Below are positions 17,757 through 27,648 of a stretch of DNA of 64,000 nt, piece after piece; position 1 is the first letter of the stretch, and every line of letters begins with the position of its first letter. The translations under genes and the position numbers were made by a program. The notes under the pieces were generated by a model. That model worked only from the letters and a program-made list of their open reading frames with translations, searched no databases and was not told the DNA's origin. This DNA is from an uncultured Clostridia bacterium (lineage in GTDB: Bacteria > Bacillota > Clostridia > Christensenellales > Borkfalkiaceae): the NCBI GenBank assembly GCA_944354265.1, contig CALVPX010000052.1, positions 60,177 to 124,176 on the forward strand, in the 5' to 3' direction.

Positions 17757-18668
17757 ATGAAAATTATTGACGCGCATGCACATGTAGTGCAGTATATAGC
17801 AGGTTTCACCTCCCGCGGGGAGTTGCGGGGAATTGGCGACGGCATGGCGCAGTATGCCGACGGTTCAACATTTGCAATGATTCCGCCCGAAATGGGCGAA
17901 TACTCCGCCTCGCCCGAAGCTCTTTTAAAGGTAATGGACGAAAACGGGGTAGAGAAGGCGGTGCTGTTGCAGGGACAATTTTTTGGCTTTCAGAATGAAT
18001 ACACCGCCGAAGCAATAAAAAAATATCCAAATAGATTTACGGGCGCGGCGAGCTACGACCCCTTCTGCGCCAAGGTGGAGGACGTCAAGCGCCATCTGTT
18101 CAAGGAGTTGGGCTTTAAGGCCGTAAAGTTTGAAGTCAGCAATGGCTCGGGTCTCATGGCATACCATCCGCCCATCGATTTGAACGGCCAACTCATGAAT
18201 GAGCAGTATAAATTCGCTGACGACAACAATCTGACCTTTGTTATCGATATTGGCAGACCTGACAACTGCTGCTGGCAGCCGGAGGCGCTGTCCGCGGCAA
18301 TAAAAAAATACCCGCAGGTTACGTTTGTAATCTGTCACCTGCTTGCTCCACAGCGCACCGACGTGGAACTTTTAAAGCGCACTTTGGGTCTGTTCGCCCT
18401 GCCGAATGTGTACTTTGATTTGGCGTCCCTCGCCTCAAACCAAAAGCCCGAAGCTTTCCCCTATCCCACGGCGGTGGAGCATTTGCGGACTGCTAAGGCG
18501 GAGGTTGGTGCACAAAAGCTAATGTTCGGCACGGACATGCCCTCAAACCTCTGCCGCGATTCTTACGCCCACTTAAAGGACTATATTATTGATAGCGGCG
18601 TTTTCACAAAACCCGAGCTTGAAGATATCTTCTACAACACAGCTGAAAAGGTGTATTTTAATAAGTAA
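17757..18668 (+). CDS. amidohydrolase family protein (TIM-barrel metal-dependent hydrolase, Amidohydro_2-like)
   Basis: MKIIDAHAHVV N-terminal metal-binding motif, then later H and D ligands (ICHLL, FGTDMP). The start is moved to the ATG at 17757. Confidence 0.8.
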   Translation: MKIIDAHAHVVQYIAGFTSRGELRGIGDGMAQYADGSTFAMIPPEMGEYSASPEALLKVMDENGVEKAVLLQGQFFGFQNEYTAEAIKKYPNRFTGAASYDPFCAKVEDVKRHLFKELGFKAVKFEVSNGSGLMAYHPPIDLNGQLMNEQYKFADDNNLTFVIDIGRPDNCCWQPEALSAAIKKYPQVTFVICHLLAPQRTDVELLKRTLGLFALPNVYFDLASLASNQKPEAFPYPTAVEHLRTAKAEVGAQKLMFGTDMPSNLCRDSYAHLKDYIIDSGVFTKPELEDIFYNTAEKVYFNK

Positions 18669-18682
18669 CTCAATATAAACAG

Positions 18683-18721
18683 TGTAGCGGCGGGCGCAAA
18701 ATTTTGCGCCCGCCGCTACAT
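18683..18721. terminator. bidirectional terminator
   Basis: 15-bp stem TGTAGCGGCGGGCGC/GCGCCCGCCGCTACA with an AAAATTTT loop. Confidence 0.8.
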
Positions 18722-18751
18722 GTTAACTATGAAAAAATTTTAACAACTAAG

Positions 18752-18895
18752 TCATGTTCTTCGCCAATAATAATTTCGATAAAGCTCTGTCAGGTATTGT
18801 GCTGCTATGTCGCTGTTATTAAGGTCATCGCTTGCAACGCTTTCTCCTGTTGTTGTAACGGCATTGGGACAAATAGTCCAACCATCTGTATTTTA
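18752..18895 (-). pseudogene. in-frame continuation of the LRR gene beyond the TAA (46 further sense codons up to a TGA at 18752-18754)
   Basis: Hand translation of the same frame after the TAA at 18893-18895 gives NTDGWTICPNAVTTTGESVASDDLNNSDIAAQYLTELYRNYYWRRT*. The second stop lies 30 nt from the terminator. Confidence 0.55.
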
Positions 18896-19969
18896 AAAGT
18901 ATATTCTATTCAGTGAATGGCAGTTACTGAAAGCAAATGAGCCTATAGCCGTTACGCTGTTTGGAATGTTGATGCTTGTAAGTGAACTGCAATTATAAAA
19001 TGCCTGCCACTCAATACTTTTAACGCCGTCGGGAATTATAATATCTGTTAACGAAATGCAATTATCAAATAAAACTTGCTCAAGCTTGGTAATACCGTTT
19101 GGCAAGGCAATACTTTTAAGTGAGGAACAATCATAAAATGCGCCTGCCCCAATTTGCGTAACGCTGTCGGGAATTTCTATGCTTGTAAGCGAATCGCAAT
19201 GGCTGAAAGCGTAATCGCCTATACTTAAAATACTGTCAGGAATAATAATGCTTTCAATAAAATCACACTCAGAGAATGAATGTGCGGCAATTTCATTAAC
19301 GGGCAATCCGTTAAAAGTTGAATCGATGACTATATTTTTAACTGTCGTGGAATTTATGCCGCTTACGGAATAGTATAATTCATTTGATGAAAGGGAGTAC
19401 GTTAACTCTTCCGTGGGTTGCAACTTACCGCACATTTGGCATTTGCCATCTGTATAGTTGTGCCTTACAGGTGCTACTTCCTTAAAGGTTGTGTAATCGC
19501 AGCGGGAGCATGTTTGGTAAGCATCCCAACCTCCTTCGGTGCAGCTTGCAATTTTTGCTTCATGCTGTATATAATCATGGCCGAGAGGGGGTATTTCCTG
19601 ATATGAAGTTTTATAGTCACAGCGCAAGCAGTAGCTGTAGGATTCCCAATCTGCCTTTGTGCATGTCGGTGCTTTTGCAGACTGTGTAACCAATCTGTGT
19701 CCAAGCTGAGGGATTTCCAATTCATCGGGCTCGACCGAACTCTGCCCTTTTGAATCTGTAAAATATGTATCGCACTCTACGCAGTGCCAATATTCTGAGT
19801 GTCCGCTCGTAGTGCAGGTGGGGTCAAGCTGTTCAGTATATTCAAGAGTGTGGGAATGTTCCGATTGTTGGCTATTGTCTCCGTTTGGTTCAACGCACGC
19901 GGATAGAGCAGTTGCCAAGCACAAGGTAGTTATTATTGTAAATAGTAAAATTATAAGTTTCCTTTTCAC
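18893..19969 (-). CDS. surface lipoprotein with three Cys/His-rich repeats and BspA-type leucine-rich repeats; apparently truncated by an in-frame TAA
   Basis: GTG start at 19969 with an AAGGA RBS. Signal peptide with lipobox LSAC. Three repeats of about 45 aa (H..PTCT..G....C..CD). C-terminal LRR_5-like repeats (IPDSVT.IG..AF..C.SL). Confidence 0.8.
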   Translation of the reverse strand: MKRKLIILLFTIITTLCLATALSACVEPNGDNSQQSEHSHTLEYTEQLDPTCTTSGHSEYWHCVECDTYFTDSKGQSSVEPDELEIPQLGHRLVTQSAKAPTCTKADWESYSYCLRCDYKTSYQEIPPLGHDYIQHEAKIASCTEGGWDAYQTCSRCDYTTFKEVAPVRHNYTDGKCQMCGKLQPTEELTYSLSSNELYYSVSGINSTTVKNIVIDSTFNGLPVNEIAAHSFSECDFIESIIIPDSILSIGDYAFSHCDSLTSIEIPDSVTQIGAGAFYDCSSLKSIALPNGITKLEQVLFDNCISLTDIIIPDGVKSIEWQAFYNCSSLTSINIPNSVTAIGSFAFSNCHSLNRIYF

Positions 19970-20226
19970 TTCGTTATCCTTTTGCAGGGCAATTAAAAAA
20001 GCGTGTCTCCAATCGGAAACACGCCCTGCACAGTATCTCCGATTGCTGCGACACAACTTTCCTACACAACGGAAAATAGAGATACGAAATGCCTGTTCGT
20101 ATCCATTGTGTAGGATAATTAAGTTGTGTCGCGAACTCAGTATAACGCAGCGGCCGTAAAAAGGCAACATGCACGCGGCATTATTTATATGAAATGTTAA
20201 AATTTATTTGGGATGACATTTTAATT

Positions 20227-20331
20227 GTCATTTCGACTGAAGCTTACGAAGTATGCGGAATGGAGAAATCTCCCAAACGAAGTTGAGTGACTGTGTTATC
20301 GTGGATTTTTCTGCTCAACGCTCGAAATGAC
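20227..20331. repeat. 105-bp palindromic repeat unit (REP/MITE-like), non-coding
   Basis: Terminal inverted repeats GTCATTTCGA (20227-20236) and TCGAAATGAC (20322-20331). The two arms look like diverged inverted copies of a ~50-bp unit, and there is an internal GGAGAAATCTCC palindrome. Confidence 0.5.
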
Positions 20332-20529
20332 AGGGTAGGCGGACAATGGGATGTGCTGAAATTTTTATTATAAATAAAACTTATACCCCGTATAAAATTT
20401 TACAATATTCATTTTTGTGCATAAAATTTGTATATAATTGGAAATTATGTTATACTTAAAAGGTAGTTATACATTTTTTTGCGTATCTATGAAAAAATTA
20501 AGGCAATTTTTGCCGCTAAGGAGAAATAA

Positions 20530-21867
<1,338 letters not shown>

Positions 21868-21905
21868 TAAAATTGTTTTTTCATAAGCAATACGCTCCGT
21901 ATTGT

Positions 21906-21945
21906 AAAGGCGGCGGAACCGTTAGTAAACGGTTCCGCCGCTTTC
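21906..21945 (+). terminator. rho-independent terminator after gdhA
   Basis: GGCGGCGGAACCG/CGGTTCCGCCGC stem followed by TTT. Confidence 0.8.
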
Positions 21946-22044
21946 CTGTATTTAATTATCAAAAAATTTGAATAGAATTATTGACAAACAATAATCTGTG
22001 TGCTATAGTATTATCGTAAAACAATAATTTCAAGGAGTATAGCC

Positions 22045-23025
22045 GTGAAAACCTTTAAATACTATGGCGAAGTCGCGCTTGCGCTTCTTGCCGTCGTGTG
22101 CATAATAGTCGCCGTGTGCGGACCGCAGGGGCAGGATATTTTTATTGTAATCTCTTCGCCCTTTGTCGGGGCGGGCAACTGCATACGCAGCATGAGTTTG
22201 GGCGGCAATACCGTCGGCGGGTGGTTTTTATATATATTTATAGGTATAATCCCGCTCATCTTTCCATTGATAAAAATTATTTTGAAGCGCAGAGCCTATG
22301 TTGGCTCGCTGCTATGGGTCGTGTTGAGCGCGTACACATTTATAATGATGTATCTGTTGATAAATCCGCACCTGCTGAGGAGCGAGGCAATAACAGGCTC
22401 GGAGGAGTGGAATGCTGTCTATCTTGATACCGTAAAGCACGGCGCCTGCATAATTTGGTATACACTCGCGCTCTTATGCATTCTGTTTGAGTGTGTGGGG
22501 CTGTTGAAAAAGAGGAGCGGAAGTTCGTATACCTTTGCCCGAGTTATAATGTATGCGATTGCCGCCGTGTATGTAATATCTGCGTTCTATGGCGAAGTTG
22601 CAGATGCGGTAAGTACAATTTCGTCGGTAGGCGGGGCGACTTTGGGGAACGTAAATATGCCCCTTAACGTATTTGCAGCAGTGTTTGCTGCGGCAATGGG
22701 CATTGCGCCTGCCGTCGTAACGATAATTTTACTCTGCGTTTGCACATCATTTATTTGCGCGCTAAAGCGCGACAATTTAAGTCCGCGCCTCGTCGGCGAT
22801 ATCGACAGGGTGGCAAAGCTTTCCAAAATTTCTATCGTCGTCACTTTGGTGTGCGCGATAGTTAACAATGTCGTTCAGCTTGCACTTTCAAAGTGGCTAC
22901 TCAATGTCAGCTTTTCGTTGTCAATTCAGCTCTCGTCGCTGCTCGTTGTCTGCCTTGTACTGATTGCCGCCGGCGTTTTAAAGCGCGCAGTTGCAGCCAA
23001 TGAAGAAAATAAACTTGTGATATAA
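22045..23025 (+). CDS. multi-pass membrane protein (DUF2975-like partner of a YozG-type regulator)
   Basis: GTG start with an AAGGAG RBS and about 8 hydrophobic helices. It lies immediately upstream of a small Cro/CI-type HTH gene, the arrangement typical of DUF2975/YozG pairs. Confidence 0.55.
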   Translation: MKTFKYYGEVALALLAVVCIIVAVCGPQGQDIFIVISSPFVGAGNCIRSMSLGGNTVGGWFLYIFIGIIPLIFPLIKIILKRRAYVGSLLWVVLSAYTFIMMYLLINPHLLRSEAITGSEEWNAVYLDTVKHGACIIWYTLALLCILFECVGLLKKRSGSSYTFARVIMYAIAAVYVISAFYGEVADAVSTISSVGGATLGNVNMPLNVFAAVFAAAMGIAPAVVTIILLCVCTSFICALKRDNLSPRLVGDIDRVAKLSKISIVVTLVCAIVNNVVQLALSKWLLNVSFSLSIQLSSLLVVCLVLIAAGVLKRAVAANEENKLVI

Positions 23026-23026
23026 T

Positions 23027-23248
23027 ATGGCTATAATTGTAAAACTCGATGAGGCGCTCAAAAGGCGCGGTATAACTTCAAAGGAACTGTGCGAGCTTGT
23101 GGGCATAACCGAGGCAAACATGTCCATTCTGCGCAGCGGTAAGGCAAAGGCTGTGCGCTTTACAACGCTCAATGCCATTTGCTATCATTTGCAGTGCACT
23201 CCGGGTGAGATTTTGCAATTTGACGGGGAGGATAACAAAGATGATTAA
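23027..23248 (+). CDS. helix-turn-helix transcriptional regulator (XRE/Cro family, YozG-like)
   Basis: 73 aa; ITSKELCELVGITEANMSILRSGKAKAVRFTTLNAICYHLQCTPGEILQF matches the YozG-type HTH_26 pattern. Confidence 0.85.
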   Translation: MAIIVKLDEALKRRGITSKELCELVGITEANMSILRSGKAKAVRFTTLNAICYHLQCTPGEILQFDGEDNKDD

Positions 23249-24092
23249 AAAATTTTTGACTATATTATTTGCTTCGGCAATAACTTTAAGTTTTTCGGCC
23301 TGTTCGTTGGCTGTACCCGATGATGGCGGTGGCGACGGCAATAACTTGCTTGCATTTGGTTCGGATAAGATGGTGGGTTTTTTCGCCGTAATATGCGACG
23401 GGGAGGGCAATGCGCTTACCCCTACCGATTTTGAAAGCGACGACGCCATTAAATATTACCGCGAACAGGTGAAATTTGGCGATGGAGCTGACGATTATTA
23501 TATCACCTTTACAAGTGGCGCAGATGTACTCAGTAATGTACAGCTTCAACATATTTCAGGGCAGGATGAAGGAATTGAAATAGATGTTGATTTTAATTTC
23601 ACGCATGAGCTCGAAGGTTCGGTTATGTATCTGTACGGTGTGTACTTTGACGAGGAAAATTGGTCGTACTATGTCAATGATGAACTGACGGCGGTCGCGC
23701 TCAGAGCCATGGCGGGTACGGGGCTCTCGCAAAACCTCAAGGCAACCGCTGACGTTGGTAACGACGAAGAGCAAACTATCACCTATACATGTTCTGTCAA
23801 TATAGATTTTATCTGTACCGATTATCTTATCCAAGTCAATATTTTTGAATTTGACGCGGGCAATAATGTAATAAATTCAAGCGTAAGGCAGCGTGGCGAA
23901 AACTATCAGGCGGGTGAAAACTGTCAGTATGTGATAGTCGAGCAGGTTTTCACAGATGAAGATGGGGAGCAGTACTCAAAGCGCTCCTTGGTGGACAGGA
24001 CGCAAGACAATGATGAGCGGACAATTAATCTGTTCTATGCAAACGGTGACGGGTTCACTGTGGAGGATGCTCTCAAAATAAATTTTTCATAA
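23241..24092 (+). CDS. hypothetical lipoprotein
   Basis: MIKKFLTILFASAITLSFSAC lipobox signal peptide and a GGAGG RBS. It overlaps the HTH gene's stop. No family recognised. Confidence 0.6.
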   Translation: MIKKFLTILFASAITLSFSACSLAVPDDGGGDGNNLLAFGSDKMVGFFAVICDGEGNALTPTDFESDDAIKYYREQVKFGDGADDYYITFTSGADVLSNVQLQHISGQDEGIEIDVDFNFTHELEGSVMYLYGVYFDEENWSYYVNDELTAVALRAMAGTGLSQNLKATADVGNDEEQTITYTCSVNIDFICTDYLIQVNIFEFDAGNNVINSSVRQRGENYQAGENCQYVIVEQVFTDEDGEQYSKRSLVDRTQDNDERTINLFYANGDGFTVEDALKINFS

Positions 24093-24208
24093 ATGGTGTG
24101 TCGGGGCGTACGCAAAGTGCACCCCGCATATTTTAATTTAGTAATTTAGTTGACTAAAGTGGCAAAATATTATAAAATATATCTAACAAATTTAAGTGAG
24201 TTGAAATT

Positions 24209-24979
24209 ATGCGGCTTGTAATTAAGGTGGGAACGTCCACGCTCGCCCATCAGTCGGGTAAACTCAATATCCGCAGGGTAGAGGAGCTTACAAAGGTTTT
24301 AAGCGATTTAAAGAATGCGGGGCATCAGATTGTCCTCGTCTCCTCGGGAGCCATAGGAATGGGGGTGGGTAAATTAAATTTGCCCGGCAGACCTACCGAT
24401 ATGCCCACAAAACAGGCCGCCGCCGCGGTTGGACAGTGCGAGCTGATGTATACCTACGACAAACTTTTCTCCGAATATAACCACACCGTCGCGCAGATTC
24501 TCATTACAGGCGAGGACATAGAAAATAATGTCCGCCGCGTGCACTTTATCAATACCATGGAGAAGCTCTTAGAGCTCGGTGCGCTGCCTGTAATAAATGA
24601 GAACGACACTGTCGCCACTGCAGAAATAGCCGTGGGCGACAACGACACCCTCGCCGCAATCGTTGCTGTGAACATTGGTGCGGAGGAGTTGATTCTCTTG
24701 ACGGATATCGACGGCCTTTACACCGCCGACCCTAAAAATGATAAGAACGCAAAGATAATAAGGGTGGTGGATCGTATAGACGATAATATTAAAAAACTTG
24801 CCGGCGGTGCAGGTTCAGCGCTCGGCACAGGTGGCATGGCCACAAAAATTCACGCCGCCGAAATTTGCACCTCAAACGGCGTAGACATGATTATCGCCAA
24901 CGGCTCAAACCCTCAAATTTTATACGATATTTTGGAGGGAGAGGGCAGATTCACTTATTTTAAGGGTAAAAAATTATGA
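24209..24979 (+). CDS. proB: glutamate 5-kinase (short form without PUA domain)
   Basis: VIKVGTSTL..., [15 protein letters not shown] motifs. Length is 256 aa. Confidence 0.93.
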   Translation: MRLVIKVGTSTLAHQSGKLNIRRVEELTKVLSDLKNAGHQIVLVSSGAIGMGVGKLNLPGRPTDMPTKQAAAAVGQCELMYTYDKLFSEYNHTVAQILITGEDIENNVRRVHFINTMEKLLELGALPVINENDTVATAEIAVGDNDTLAAIVAVNIGAEELILLTDIDGLYTADPKNDKNAKIIRVVDRIDDNIKKLAGGAGSALGTGGMATKIHAAEICTSNGVDMIIANGSNPQILYDILEGEGRFTYFKGKKL

Positions 24980-26235
24980 CAACCAAGCAAATTTTGCAAA
25001 ATGCGGCAAGGGAAAAATCTAATGCCGCAGTGCTCCTGCCGAAAGCCAAAAACGCTGCGTTGAACTTTATTGCCGAAGATTTAGAGAGTAGTATGTCTGA
25101 CATATTGTCTGCAAATGAGCGCGATTTGACCGCGGCCAAAGGTACTATGTCTGACGTAATGCTCGACAGACTGCGCCTCAATGAGGACAGAATCAGGCAA
25201 ATGGCGCAGGGAGTGCGCGCCGTGGCGCAGCTGCCCGACCCCGTGGGCGAGATAATTGAAAAAATAACCCGCCCCGACGGGTTGGAAATAAATAAAGTGC
25301 GTGTGCCCTTGGGGGTAATAGCAATAATTTATGAGAGCCGCCCCAACGTAACTTCTGATGCTGCCGCGCTCTGTTTAAAGAGCGGCAACGTTTGTGTTTT
25401 GCGTGCGGGCAAGGAGGCGCATGCCTCGGCCTCGGCGATAGTTGCCGCCATGCGTAGTGGACTGAAGAGAGCAAGTCTGCCTGAAAATCTCATCAACCTT
25501 GTGGAGGACACCTCCCGCGGCAGCGCAAATGAACTTATGACTGCCGTGGGGTTGGTCGATTTGCTCATTCCGCGCGGCGGTGCGGGGCTCATTAAAGCCT
25601 GCGTAGAAAATGCAAAAGTACCTGTAATTGAAACGGGCACGGGCATCTGTCATGTGTTTGTAGACAGCTCTGCCGACTTCGGTATGGCTTTAAATATAAT
25701 CGAAAACGCAAAGTGCAGCCGCCCCTCGGTGTGCAATGCTATGGAAGTCTGCCTCGTGCACGCCGACATAGCGGAGCAGTTTTTGCCTCTGCTCTATAAA
25801 CGGCTTGTAACCGACAGGGCGGAGCATAAGGTTACATTAAAGCTCGACGACAGGGCCTTCGCCGTTCTCGGCGGTAAGCCCTGCTGCGAGATGGCGGGTG
25901 CGGGTGACTTCGACACCGAATTTTTAGACTACAAAATGGCGGTTGCCGTCGTCGACAGTGTTCCGCAGGCGATAGAGCATATCTCCGCACATTCAACCGG
26001 TCACAGCGATTGCATTGTCACCTCAGACGAATATGAGGCTTCAATCTTCACACGCGTTGTAGACAGCGCGGCCGTCTACGTCAATGCCTCGACCCGCTTT
26101 ACTGACGGCGGCGAGTTCGGGCTTGGCTGCGAAATGGGTATCTCCACCCAAAAGTTGCACGCCCGCGGCCCCATGGGGCTCAGGGAGCTCACCACTTATA
26201 AGTACGTTGTGTACGGCAACGGCAACGTCAGATAA
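24976..26235 (+). CDS. proA: glutamate-5-semialdehyde dehydrogenase (gamma-glutamyl phosphate reductase)
   Basis: IYESRPNVT, catalytic Cys region [13 protein letters not shown], and ...[12 protein letters not shown]. It overlaps the proB stop. Confidence 0.95.
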   Translation: MTTKQILQNAAREKSNAAVLLPKAKNAALNFIAEDLESSMSDILSANERDLTAAKGTMSDVMLDRLRLNEDRIRQMAQGVRAVAQLPDPVGEIIEKITRPDGLEINKVRVPLGVIAIIYESRPNVTSDAAALCLKSGNVCVLRAGKEAHASASAIVAAMRSGLKRASLPENLINLVEDTSRGSANELMTAVGLVDLLIPRGGAGLIKACVENAKVPVIETGTGICHVFVDSSADFGMALNIIENAKCSRPSVCNAMEVCLVHADIAEQFLPLLYKRLVTDRAEHKVTLKLDDRAFAVLGGKPCCEMAGAGDFDTEFLDYKMAVAVVDSVPQAIEHISAHSTGHSDCIVTSDEYEASIFTRVVDSAAVYVNASTRFTDGGEFGLGCEMGISTQKLHARGPMGLRELTTYKYVVYGNGNVR

Positions 26236-26260
26236 AATTATATAATTTTAAATGCCTGTC

Positions 26261-26305
26261 ATGGCGTTGCTCAGCATTCATTATGTTGACAACGCCATTT
26301 TTATT
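26261..26305 (+). terminator. terminator after proA
   Basis: ATGGCGTTG...CAACGCCAT stem (large loop) followed by TTTTTATTT. Confidence 0.55.
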
Positions 26306-26559
26306 TGATAAAATTTCAGCGAAAATATATTTACTTTTAGTGAAAATCTAACTCTGTATTTTATTGTTGAAAAATCAGTATTAATTGTTAAGTATGATAT
26401 AAAAGTCGTAGCAAATAAATAAAAATCATTATATAATGTGTTCGTAATATTTCAGAGGATATTTTAGACATTGCGGCGGCCGGGTTACGCTACAGCTGTT
26501 GCCAAGGTTTAACTTACTGAATTATTATAATTATAATATTTTTTGCGGAGGCTTTATAC

Positions 26560-27636
26560 ATGTTTAACATTTTTATGACGTCAATTAATGCGGTATTGCC
26601 CATTGTGTTGCTGATTTTGCTTGGGTACATACTTCGGCGCATAAATTTCCTCAACGACAATTTCCTGTCGGTTGGCAATAAGCTTGTCTTTAATGTCTGC
26701 TTGCCCTGCATGTTGTTTATAAATATTTACAACATCGACGATTTATCGTCGGTCGATTGGGGGCTCGTAATATATGCCGTGGTGGCGGTGTTTGTCATCT
26801 TCGCCATCGGGCTCGTAGTCAGCATACTCACAACCAAGGATAGCCGCAGAAGGGGTGTAATCCTTCAATGCTGCTACCGCAGCAACTTTGCAATAATCGG
26901 CATTTCGCTTGCCGCCTCGCTCGCAGGTACTGCTGTCGGTGCGGCAGATGTGGTCAACGGCGTCGTTGCCATAATACAGGCGTTTACAATTCCCATTTTT
27001 AATATCCTCGCCGTAGTTTCCCTTTCGATTTTCGTAAAGCCCGAACCTCAGCTTGATGAGAACGGAATGCTCGTCGCCCCTAAGAGCCAACACACCGATG
27101 TTAAAAAGATTCTTTTAAATATCGTAAAGAATCCCCTGATTATCGGTATTGTCGTGGGGCTCGTGTTCGTAGGGCTAAGATATGCTGAAATTGCAATATG
27201 GGGCAGTGCGGTATTTACAATCAAAGATAATCTGACATTTATATACGATTCTCTCGACAATCTTAAGTCCGTTGCAACTCCTTTGGCGCTCATTGTCTTG
27301 GGCGGACAGTTCAAGTTCTCGGCGGTCAAGGGCATGACAAAGGAAATTGTCGTCGGAACTGTATTCCGCGTAGTTATTGCGCCGCTCATCGGCGTGGGCT
27401 GTGCCGTTCTTTTAAGCGAGTTTACGGATTTGGTTTCCTTCGGACAGACCGAGTATCCCGCATTGATTGCGCTGTTCGGCACGCCTGTGGCTGTTTCAAG
27501 TGCTATAATGGCCGGCGAGATGGGCAACGACGAACAACTTGCGGGACAGCTTGTCGTATGGACAAGCATAGCGTCGGTGGCCACCGTATTTATAACTGTG
27601 TTCCTACTCATGTCGTTCGGGTTGCTTGCCGTTTAA
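26560..27636 (+). CDS. AEC (auxin efflux carrier) family transporter
   Basis: 358 aa with 10 TM-like segments in two halves and the typical AEC N-terminus (MF..F..S....LPI.LLI.LGY.L.R). Confidence 0.8.
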   Translation: MFNIFMTSINAVLPIVLLILLGYILRRINFLNDNFLSVGNKLVFNVCLPCMLFINIYNIDDLSSVDWGLVIYAVVAVFVIFAIGLVVSILTTKDSRRRGVILQCCYRSNFAIIGISLAASLAGTAVGAADVVNGVVAIIQAFTIPIFNILAVVSLSIFVKPEPQLDENGMLVAPKSQHTDVKKILLNIVKNPLIIGIVVGLVFVGLRYAEIAIWGSAVFTIKDNLTFIYDSLDNLKSVATPLALIVLGGQFKFSAVKGMTKEIVVGTVFRVVIAPLIGVGCAVLLSEFTDLVSFGQTEYPALIALFGTPVAVSSAIMAGEMGNDEQLAGQLVVWTSIASVATVFITVFLLMSFGLLAV

Positions 27637-27648
27637 GTGGGTGCTGCT

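Noticed and set aside
18704-18916. 70-aa plus-strand ORF downstream of the amidohydrolase.
   Set aside because: It starts inside the terminator hairpin and lies antisense to the in-frame tail of the LRR gene. The minus-strand reading is the more plausible coding signal.
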